From positions 91-64,090 of the forward strand of contig JAUCBJ010005191.1 in NCBI GenBank assembly GCA_032718475.1: DNA of 64,000 nucleotides, in the 5' to 3' direction. The notes beneath the pieces were generated by a model. The model saw nothing but the letters and a program-made list of their open reading frames with translations, made no database searches and was not told where the DNA came from. Position numbers and translations under genes: made by a program. Shown here piece by piece: positions 10,880 to 22,800 of this stretch; position 1 is the first letter of the stretch; every line of letters begins with the position of its first letter. Source of the DNA: Nemertoderma westbladi. Its lineage: Eukaryota > Animalia > Xenacoelomorpha.

Positions 10880-13800
10880 GTTAGTTAATTAGTTGGTCTG
10901 AAATGGTGCGAATGGATATTTAGATCAATAAATTGCGACTATTACAATACAATTTATAATAATTTTGTATAATTAATATATTTATATATTAGCAACTCAA
11001 CATACATGAACATCAACAAAATGTAGGATAAGTTCACAATATACAAAAAAAGGGATTATAGCTTATAATAATGGGACGCAATTTAATAATAAATAATGCA
11101 CTCTATGGCACTGTACCAACATGTTGTGTAAGACTTCTTCAAATCGTTAATTCATTCATCAATCAAATTATGTAACTATGACTGAATATGATTATCTATT
11201 TATGTAATTATGACCTGAATATGATTATATATTTATGTAATTATGACCTGAATATGATTATTTATTTATGTAATTATGACTGAATATGATTATATATTTA
11301 TGTAATTATGACTGAATATGATTATTTATTTATGTAATTATGACTGAATATGATTATATATTTATGTAATTATGACTGAATATGATCATATATTTATGTA
11401 ATTATGACCTGAATATGATTATATATTTATGTAATTATGACTGAATATGATTATATATTTATGTAATTATGACTGAATGAATATGATAATAAATAACTAG
11501 AGGATACTTATTTATAAATAACTATATAAAATATTACACTTATAGAGATATAATATAACCAATATTAGCACAAACAGTGTAATTAATATACTCTACTCGG
11601 TAAATCAACACCAAATAAATTGTGTACTTTTAGCAATGTTGTGCATAGCTAAAGTTGCTATCTCGAATCGCACCACCCAATCAATTATACGGTAATTATT
11701 CGTACCGCGTTGTATATATTGGTTTTTATGAGGAGGCCGGACACACAGACCACAATGTCCCCGTCCCGCAGACCCCATCGTCTCTTACCCTCCCGCACCG
11801 CAGCTGCTAAGTAACCCCGCGTCATCGCGTCCCAGCCCCCATACTCCCTGGGCTCCACCCACACTGGGTGGATTCCTCGCCACAGAACCATCTGATTGGC
11901 TAACAACTCGTTATCCACCACCGCTATGATTGGCTTCTCGGGCCGCAGAGCTGCTATCAGCTGGGCCGTTCTACCCGTAGTCGATAGAACTATAATGGCC
12001 GCGGCGTTGCTATCGCCACAGCTCTCCACCGCCCCTACTACTATCGCCTTAGTATCCGAGGAGCTGTGTAACCGCTGTTTTAGGTTGTCGTACCGGTACT
12101 GTACCGACTCAGCCTGTCTGCATATCCGGTCCGTCATTCCGACACTGTGTGCCGGGTAGCTGCCGCGGGATGTCTCGTCGCTCAACATCACGCAGTCTGT
12201 CCCGTCCAGAACCGCGTTGGCTACGTCCACACTCTCAGCTCGGGTCGGCAACGGACGCGTTGTCATCGATACCAACAGCTGACCCGCGACAACTACCGGC
12301 CGACCGCGCTCATTGGCTCGGGCTATCAGCGACTTCTGCGCTACGAACACTTTCTCTATGGTGATATCGGCCCCCAGATCCCCTCGGCCAATGAGAACTC
12401 CGTCAGCTGTCTCCAGGATATCGTCGTAGTTTCTTACCGCGACGATATTCTCAACTTTAGCTACAATATTTACGCCGCTGGTTCCAACTATATCCCTAAC
12501 TAACTCGATATCCTCTCTGCGTTCCACCCCCGTAAGGAACACAAACTCGACGCCCCGCTCAACCCCCCAACGTATATCCGCAGTATCCTTCTCGGATATC
12601 ACGGGGATATCTGTTAGATCGATATTCACTCGGAAACTCCCCGGGGATACCGGGCCCCCGCACGCGACCACGCATTGCAACTCCTCCGGCCCCACCGCAG
12701 CCACACGCAGCGCTATCATATAGCCGTCCAGGTAGACCGTCTGCCCTACTCGAACCCGTGAGAAAGCCACCCGGTTGTCTACCAGTATGCAGTGTCCCGT
12801 CGGTGCGGTAGGTGCACCAGTAGGTCGCAGCAGCACGCGGTCTCCTTGATACAGAACTCGTGATGAGTTACTGGTAAACGAGCCGTTGGTAACTCGACCC
12901 ATCGTATCTATAGCGATAGCTACGCGTTCATTGGTCGACGTACTGTTGCTATGGTTATTCACGGCTTCTCTAACCATCGCGATGGTTTCAGCGTGGTACT
13001 CCCGCGGTTCGTCCCGCATTAATACGCGGAATATATCGACTCCGCTGGCGATCATGTCGGTTAGGGTTGCTACTGAGCGACAGGCCGGCCCAATACTGGC
13101 TGCGATACCGGTTAATCGCAGCGCCGATACCGGGGCCTCCACTCGCAGACTGCAGACGTGGTCTAGTTCGGTGACGTCATAGACGGTTGCCAGGATACCG
13201 GCATCGTCCGGGGTCTGCAGTCCATCGTCGTCCTCTTCCCTGCAGGCGCAGGGGGTGTCTATCTGTCCGCCTCCCAGATTTGGTAGGCGGACTTTATTTA
13301 AACGTCTGCGTAATTCCGGTGTTAGACACTCACCGCCGGACATATTTATGTCTATCTGTATTTATTTAATTTTGCTTTGATTTAAGTAGGCCTAGTGTAA
13401 GCTGTAAGTGGTTTAAGTTTTTTAATGTTTTTGGTTTAAGTGGATTTAGTAGTGACACGTACGGGAAAACAGCAGAAAACTGTAACTAAATATAATTAAC
13501 TAATACCCCTAGTATTATTACTTAATTAGTTATATTACTGTATTACAGCACTAATGCTGTAAGTTAATAGTTCATTGCAATTTTATTACCAGTTCCGTAC
13601 ACGGAAGTAGGCCTAAGCCTAAACCTGTTCCTGTACATAAATATTAATATAGGCCTACCGATGACCTGTAGTTACCGGTGCTCAGATTCTATTCTATACC
13701 TTTACAATGAAGAGTTTAATTTTCCCTCCTCAGTATTTGGAAATGATTAACAACCAATCAATCACCAACTAAACAGGGCATGTCTCACGGGGCTGTAAAT

Positions 13801-16800
13801 CAATTTCTTTTGAATAATTTAGATCATGCTGAAAATATTACATTTTGAATGTGGTTTGTTAAAAAAATAGAAACCTACGATTGATGTCTGATGATCAACT
13901 ATGATTTGTAAAGAGAGTCAAAGCATTGTATATTAATTGGACTGTCAGTAGACAAACAACAAATATTGGTACACCTATGTACAGCTACACAAGGTAGACC
14001 ATCTCTAAAGCAGATAGTATAATGTGATTGATAGGGGGGCAGTGCTACATGGATGGGAATATGAAATATATTCCAGCTCAAGGTAGTCTTGGAAACTAAG
14101 ATTTACATTAGTCGTTAACGACATGCGACTGGGTGGTGGACGGGTTCCAGTCAGCCAAGTTCCCGACTCAGATTCCAGCCAATAACGGTAAATATTACCT
14201 TGAGCCAAAAGCTGCATAGATGAGCCTTGCCTATGCGTGTAGTATTAAAACCATATTGGATAAAACATTGCAATATATCTTAAGTTACGGTGGCTGAATA
14301 ATTGTTGAAACTTTCAAGCTACTTTTTGGTTGACAAAAAATTAGCTAAAAAATATGAAGAGTATTTAGTGGCACAATTTAGCCACTGTAGTTAGTCACAA
14401 GGAGCCGAGGCCGAGCCCTTTTAATAATTTTATTTGTAATTTTGTTTACTCCACCACTCCACTCTATACCGCGGTTGTGACGAGTCCAGCTCGGCTCTGT
14501 AACATGGTGTTATTATTAAACCCAAATTATTTTGCTACATGATTGATAACCTGTTTAATATTCTTTTAATCAGGGCGACACCGAGAACGATTCATCCAAA
14601 GCCATTCCTACTAATCTTACACAGGATCAGCAGAGGACAATGTTGGACTGTCTGCTTGACAGCTATAAGGTATGTTAGTTATTATTGGTACTACGGTACT
14701 GTTGGTGAGTGGATTAAAGTTAAGTATGATTGATTGACAGTTGGGGAAGCCCTTAATTATAGACCTTCAACGCATTATACAGTATTATACTTTCAGTTCT
14801 ACATTTTGCGTGAACCTTGGTGGGCTTTATTGGTGACTGGGTGGGTCTATTGGTGACTGGGTGGGTCTATTGGTGACTGGGTGGGCTTTATTGGTGACTG
14901 GGTGGGTCTATTGGTGACTGGGTGGGTCTATTGGTGACTGGGTGGGTCTATTGGCTATTAGTGACTGGGTGGGTCTATTGGTGACTGGGTGGGTCTATTG
15001 GTGACTTGGTGGGTCTATTGGTGACTGGGTGGGTCTATTGGTGACTGGGTGGGTCTATTGGTGATTGGGTGGGTCTATTGGTGACTGGGTGGGTCTATTG
15101 GTGACTGGGTGGGTCTATTGGTGACTGGGTGGGTCTATTGGTGACTGGGTGGGTCTATTGGTGACTGGGTGGGTCTATTGTTGACTGGGTGGGTCTATTG
15201 GTGACTGGGTGGGTCTATTGGTGACTGGGTGGGTCTATTGGTGACTGGGTGGGTCTATTGGTGACTGTGTGGGTCTATTGGTGACTGGGTGGGTATATTG
15301 GTGACTGGGTGGGTATATTGGTGACTGGGTGGGTCTATTGGTGACTGGGTGGGTCTATTGGTGACTGGGTGGGTCTATTGGTGACTGGGTGGGTCTATTG
15401 GTGACTGGGTGGGTCTATTGGTGACTGGGTGGGTCTATTGGTGACTGGGTGGGTCTATTGTGACTGGGTGGGTCTATTGGTGACTGGGTGGGTCTATTGG
15501 TGACTGGGTGACTATTGGTGACTGGGTGGGTCTATTGGTGACTGGGTGGGTCTATTGGTGACTGTGTGGGTCTATTGGTGACTGGGTGGGTCTATTGGTG
15601 ACTGGGTGGGTCTATTGGTGACTTGGGTGGGTCTATTGGTGACTGGGTGGGTCTATTGTGACTGGGTGGGTCTATTGGTGACTGGGTGGGTCTATTGGTG
15701 ACTGGGTGGGTCTATTGGTGACTGGGTGGGTCTATTGGTGACTGGGTGGGTCTATTGTGACTGGGTGGGTCTATTGGTGACTGGGTGGGTCTATTGGTGA
15801 CTGGGTGACTATTGGTGACTGGGTGGGTCTATTGGTGACTGGGTGGGTCTATTGGTGACTGGGTGGGTCTATTGGTGACTGGGTGGGTCTATTGGTGACT
15901 GGGTGGGTCTATTGGTGACTTGGGTGGGTCTATTGGTGACTGGTGGGTCTATTGTGACTGGGTGGGTCTATTGGTGACTGGGTGGGTCTATTGGTGACTG
16001 GGTGACTATTGGTGACTGGGTGGGTCTATTGGTGACTGGGTGGGTCTATTGTGACTGGGTGGGTCTATTGGTGACTGGGTGGGTCTATTGGTGACTGGGT
16101 GGGTCTATTTGTGACTGGGTGGGTCTATTGGTGACTGGGTGGGTCTATTTGTGACTGGGTGGGTCTATTGGTGACTGGGTGGGTCTATTGGTGACTGGGT
16201 GGGTCTATTGGTGACTGGTGGGTCTATTGGTGACTGGGTGACTATTGGTGACTGGGTGGGTCTATTGGTGACTGGGTGGGTCTATTGGTGACTGGGTGGG
16301 TCTATTGGTGACTGGGTGGGTCTATTGGTGACTGGGTGGGTCTATTGGTGACTTGGGTGGGTCTATTGGTGACTGGGTGGGTCTATTGTGACTGGGTGGG
16401 TCTATTGGTGACTGGGTGGGTCTATTGGTGACTGGGTGGGTCTATTTGTGACTGGGTGGGTATATTGGTGACTGGGTGGGTCTATTGGTGACTGGGTGGG
16501 TCTATTGGTGACTGGGTGGGTCTATTGGTGACTGGGTGGGTCTATTGGTGACTGGGTGGGTCTATTGGTGACTGGGTGGGTCTATTGGTGACTGCGTGGG
16601 TCTATTGGTGACTGGGTGGGTCTATTGGTGACTGGGTGGGTCTATTGGTGACTTGGGTGGGTCTATTGGTGACTGGGTGGGTATATTGGTGACTTGGGTG
16701 GGTCTATTGGTGACTGGGTGGGTCTATTGTGACTGGGTGGGTCTATTGGTGACTGGGTGGGTCTATTGGTGACTATTGGTGACTGGGTGGGTCTATTGGT

Positions 16801-19800
16801 GTCTGGGTGGGTCTATTTGTGACTGGGTGGGTCTATTGGTGACTGGGTGGGTCTATTGGTGACTGCGTGGGTCTATTGGTGACTGGGTGGGTCTATTGGT
16901 GACTGGGTGGGTCTATTGGTGACTGGGTGGGTCTATTGGTGACTGGGTGGGTCTATTGGTGACTTGGGTGGGTCTATTGGTGACTGGGTGGGTCTATTGG
17001 TGACTTGGGTGGGTCTATTGGTGACTGGGTGGGTCTATTGTGACTGGGTGGGTCTATTGGTGACTGGGTGGGTCTATTGGTGACTGGGTGGGTCTATTTG
17101 TGACTGGGTGGGTCTATTGGTGACTGGGTGGGTCTATTGGTGACTGGGTGGGTCTATTGGTGACTGGGTGGGTCTATTGGTGACTGGATGGGTCTATTGT
17201 GACTGGGTGGGTCTATTGGTGACTGGGTGGGTCTATTGGTGACTGGGTGACTATTGGTGACTGGGTGGGTCTATTGGTGACTGGGTGGGTCTATTGGTGA
17301 CTGGGTGGGTCTATTGGTGACTGGATGGGTCTATTGGTGACTGGGTGGGTCTATTGGTGACTGGGTGGGTCTATTGGTGACTGGGTGGGGCCCATGAAGG
17401 CCACTTCCGGACCTTCGTTTCGTTCAGACAATCTACTCAATACGAAATTGGCCGTAACTAGATAACGTAGACTATATTTTAAACTCTTAGTGAGGAGCAA
17501 AAATATAAAATTAAAAATTTATTAATAATTTCACTAAAATGTTTAATATTGAAATTTATTTGCAATACTATAACTATAATTAATTACAACGTGCGATTTA
17601 AGTAACAAATTAATTCGTTAAACATTCTGGGTTTTATTGTATTTTCAATAAATCGATAATTCAGATAAAATAAATTAAAGGTAACTTTTGAGATTAAAAT
17701 GATATGTTCTAGAATATAGTATTATGTCCTTGTTTTTTTTTGAAGGAGATACGCCCTCAACGGGCAAAATTTCATTTAATTTAATTCTTATAAAAATATA
17801 TATAATCCATAATATAAAACACAATAAATATTAGTAAAATTATTTGTTAAGTAAAACTATTATTCAATACCGGGAGAGGAGTCCGGACAATTGCGACCGG
17901 GACAATTGCGACCCGGACACTTGCGACCGGGACAATTACGACCGGGACAATTGCGACCCGGACAATTACGACCCGGACAATTGCGACCCGGACAATTGCG
18001 ACCGGGACAATTGCGACCGGGACAATTGCGACCCGGACAATTGCGACCGGGACAATTGCGACCGGGACAATTGCGACCCGGACAATTGCGACCCGGACAA
18101 TTGCGACCCGAACAATTGCGACCGGGACAATTGCGACCGGGACAATTGCGACCCGGACAATTGCGACCGGGACAATTGCGACCGGGACAATTGCGACCGG
18201 GACAATTGCGACCGGGACAATTGCGACCCGGACAATTGCGACCCGGACAATTGCGACCCGAACAATTGCGACCGGGACAATTGCGACCGGGACAATTGCG
18301 ACCCGGACAATTGCGACCGGGACAATTGCGACCGGGACAATTGCGACCCGGACAATTGCGACCCGGACAATTGCGACCCGGACAATTGCGACCCGAACAA
18401 TTGCGACCCGGACAATTGCGACCCGGACAATTGCGACCGGGACAATTGCGACCGGGACAATTGCGACCCGGACAATTGCGACCCGGACAATTGCGACCCG
18501 GACAATTGCGACCCGGACAATTGCGACCCGGACAATTGCGACCGGGACAATTGCGACACGGACAATTGCGACCCGGACAATTACGACCCGGACAATTGCG
18601 ACCCGAACAATTGCGACCGGGACAATTGCGACCGGGACAATTGCGACCCGGACAATTGCGACCGGGACAATTGCGACCCGGACAATTGCGACCCGGACAA
18701 TTACGACCCGGTCAATTGCGACCCGGTCAATTGCGACCCATCAATTTTTTCTAAAATCATGGTTCGCAATTAACCGGGTCGCAATTGACCTGGTCGCAAT
18801 TGTCCGGGTTGCAATTGTCCGGGTCGCAATTGTCCGGGTCGCAATTGTCCTAATATCACCGGGAGAGACTGGTTATTAAAGCGAGTCAAGCAGCCGCAGC
18901 CGGTTTGCAAGAGGCAAAGCATTCAGGGAGCTACAGGTATGTACCAGACATTGTATATTTCAGCAGGTTGTACACTAAAGGCGCATAAACATCTGTCTGG
19001 ATCAGGATCGTAACTGGATCAGGATCCCAACAGTCCTTAAAACAGCATAACTTGGCATGAATTCCGTAAGTTGACGGTTTCTGTATTGGCTATTTTTACA
19101 TTCGGTAAAGGCGAATGCTGGCCCGTCGGAATAACGTTCGATGTAAAAGTTAAGGAGCTGTGTGTAACACAGCTAGAATAGGTGCTGTGTGTATACAACA
19201 ACAACAAGGTGCTGTGTGTAACACAGCTAGAATAGGTGCTGCGTGTAACACAGCAACAACAAGGTGCTGTGTGTAACACAGCTAGAATAGGTGCTGTGTG
19301 TAACACAGCAACAACAAGGTGCTGTGTGTAACACAGCAACAACAAGGTGCTGTGTGTAACACAGCAACAACACGGTGCTGTGTGTAACACAGCTAGTATA
19401 GGTGCTGTGTGTAACATAGCAACAACAAGGTGCTGTCTGTAACACAGCTAGAATAGGTGATGTGTGTAATACTGCAACAACAAGGTGCTGTGTGTAACAG
19501 AGCAACAACAAGGTGCTGTGTGTAACACAACAACAAGGTGCTGTGTGTAACACAGCTAGAATAGGTGCTGTGTGTAACACAGCAACAACAAGGTGCTGTG
19601 TGTAACACAGCAACAACAAGGTGCTGTGTGTAACACAACAACAAGGTGCTGTGTGTAACACAGCTAGAATAGGTGCTGTGTGTAACACAGCAACAACAAG
19701 GTGCTGTGTGTAACACAGCAACAACAAGGTGCTGTGTGTTACACAGCAACAACAAGGTGATGTGTGTAACACAGCTAGAATAGGTGCTGTGTTTAACACA

Positions 19801-22800
19801 GCAACAACAAGGTGCTGTGTGTAACACAGCAACAACAAGGTGCTGTGTGTAACACAGCTAGAATAGGTGCTGTGTGTAACACAGCAACAACAAGGTGATG
19901 TGTGTAACACAGCAACAACAAGGTGCTGTGTGTAACACAGCTAGAATAGGTGCTGTGTGTAACACTGCAACAACAAGGTGCTGTGTGTAACACAGCAACA
20001 ACAAGGTGCTGTGGTTAACACAGCAACAACAAGGTGATGTGCGTAACACAGCAACAACAAGGTGTTGTGTGTAACACAGCTAGAATAGGTGCTGTGTGTA
20101 ACACAGCAACAGCAAGGTGCTGTGTGTAACACATCAACAACAAGGTGCTGTGTGTAACACAGCTAGAATAGGTGCTGTGTGTAACACAGCAACAACAAGG
20201 TGCTGTGTGTAATACAGCTCGAATAGATGCTGTGTGTAACACAGCAACAACAAGGTGCTGTGTGTAACACAGCTAGAATAGGTGCTGTGTGTAACACAGC
20301 AACAACAAGGTGCTGTGTGTAACACAGCAACAACAAGGTGCTGTGTGTAACACAGCAACAACAAGGTGCTGATTTAAGTTAAACGTTAAACGTTTCGGTT
20401 TCTCAGGTTTCCTGTGAATTCGATTCGCGACCTGGGTTAAAGTTCCTCGTACAGAAAGTCGCCCAACTGGACGTGGCCGCCAACCTGTACCGACAGACCG
20501 GCGCCAGTTACTCATACTACTACCGCAGTCTAGTCAAGTTATGTTACAAACTCTCGGACGAACTAACAAACGATACCGTTAGAAAGATATTAGAACAGGA
20601 TCATACTCTCAACTATAAGACGCTATCCCAGTTAGTACCGGTCAACGGAAGCGATACTACGTCATCACGTGTGAGTGGGGATCGCGCGCAGCTGGTTAAT
20701 CAGGCCAACCAGCTGACTAAACGGAAGTCCAACTCGTCTGTGTCCGATGAGTTTAACGAACCGCCCGAGTTGTGTTTCAATCCAACGAGTTCCGAAGGTG
20801 ACCGGGTTAACTGGGTTCTCAAACGATTGTTTGCTATCTCTTACGAGGTGAGATTTACTAATGTTACGTTTACATCGAATTATTTACAGATATTTGGGTT
20901 GTTTACGCAGTAAACAATACGTTGTAGTCAGCTGTTATCAATTACCAATACGTTCCTACATTTTGTATCCCATTAGATATATTGAGGTGCCTTTTGATAT
21001 GATTTTATTACAGGTGACCACTTCTTACGTAAATATGCATTTAGATCAACCGGGTGACCTCATAGATTCCCGTAAACTCGCCACTCAGCCCTTGTTCCTA
21101 TTGGTTGCTGCCCATGACAACGAAAGTCCACTGAGTAAGAGTAAGAGATTCTTCCAGTCTACAATGTCCCGAAATCTAAAACAATACAGCGGTAAGTCAT
21201 TGTTGTTATGGCAACGGAAAAGTAAACAATACAGCGGTGAGTCAGTGTTGTTATAGCAACGAAAGTAAACAATGCAGCGGTGAGTCATTGTTGTTATAGC
21301 AACGAAAGTAAACATTACAACGGTGAGTCAGTGTTGTTATAGCAACGAAGGTAAACAATACAGCGGTGATTCATTGTTGTTATAGCAACGAAAAGTAATC
21401 GGTGTAACTAAAACATGAATCACGGGAAGCAACCTGAAGGCTCCTCTCTCTTATTTGTTACCTGTAAGGCTGGGATGGTGCCACACTAACTCCCAGGGGT
21501 GAGCACTTCGTATCTATTCAACCCTTTTCTTTACTCCCACAGTATACGCCAAGTTCCCCCAGCTCGAAGCGACGCGAGTGACCGCACCACCAGGCCGGAA
21601 GTGTAGCTGCTTCTCAACAGATTCACTGATATTCAGTAGACCTACAGTACGTATTATTGTTGAGTAAATATATTTGTTTTTCGTTTTCTATTTACAGTTG
21701 ACGATGAAGGAGAGGAAATGGAGATTAAAGTTCGCTACCCAGCGGTCAACCAGGAAACCGACACATCTCAATCCAAGGTTTCTTTATTCCAGTATTATGT
21801 GATTCTTTGTTATTATTTATTGGTTTGATTTGATGGCGAAATTTTACCAGTTTTAGAATCGCAAAAATATTAAGTTCCACATCTGTAAATTTCTGGAATT
21901 AAATTTCTGGGATTAAATTGGTATTGTTATGTTGTGTTTTATTATTAAATTATTTGATCTTGTTATATAATGTTAAAACTATAGATTACATTTGGAAGGG
22001 CCTCGTATTAAATAGTCAGCTATGTGACATTTCCTTCGATTTTTAATAGTATAGAGAACAGAATATGGATAAACATATCTATATAAGATAAGTAATAATA
22101 ATTGGTGGCATCGCTAATATATAAAGCGGTAAAAGTAAAGTCATGAAATACATTAACATAAATAAAATAATGTAAAAATAAAATAAAGTGTATTATATCC
22201 CGCATTAGATGTACACCGTAGCAACCAATCAAACGATCGACAACCTAATGAAGGAATATAAGCGCCGCAAGGTGGCGCATTCTCGTTCTGTATTTGTCAG
22301 GAAATCCATGATGGAAAGAAGTGATACAGAAGATCTAAGTGGACCAATAGAAGATAGAGTTAGGTAAGGGTAGAGTTAGGTAAGGGTAGAGTTAGGTAAG
22401 GGTAGAGTTAGGTAAGGGTAGAGTTAGGTAAGGATAGAGTTAGGTAAGGGTAGAGTTAGGTAAGGGTAGAGTTAGGTAAGGGTATAGTTAGGTAAGGATA
22501 GAGTTAGGTAAGGGTAGAGTTAGGTAAGGGTAGAGTTAGGTAAGGGTAGAGTTAGGTAAGGGTTGAGTTAGGTAAGGGTATAGTTAGGTAAGGGTAGAGT
22601 TAGGTAAGGGTAGAGTTAGGTAAGGGTAGAGTTAGGTAAGGGTAGAGTTAGGTAAGGGTAGAGTTAGGTAAGGGTTGAGTTAGGTAAGGGTATAGTTAGG
22701 TAAGGGTAGAGTTAGGTAAGGGTAGAGTTAGGTAAGGGTAGAGTTAGGTAAGGGTAGAGTTAGGTAAGGGTAGAGTTAGGTAAGGGTAGAGTTAGGTAAG

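Noticed and set aside
3898-10888. Long ORFs such as 3898..6117 (739 aa) and those in 6899-10888
   Set aside because: They are translations of 63-bp and 30-bp satellites whose unit length is a multiple of 3, and they switch frame at indels. Only 10705-10879 is a real exon.
11896-13369. Short + strand ORFs overlapping the PK-like gene (likewise those overlapping GHITM, stomatin and RNF212)
   Set aside because: Antisense or off-frame shadows of GC-rich coding sequence, with no recognisable motifs.
17844-18773. DNCDP/RPGQL/SGSQL pentapeptide ORFs resembling thrombospondin or antifreeze repeats
   Set aside because: They are translations of the 15-bp arm of a foldback element inside an intron, open in several frames on both strands.
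19157-20370. CRISPR-like repeat-spacer appearance
   Set aside because: There are only two short recurring linkers, no unique spacers, no cas genes, and the context is a eukaryotic intron.
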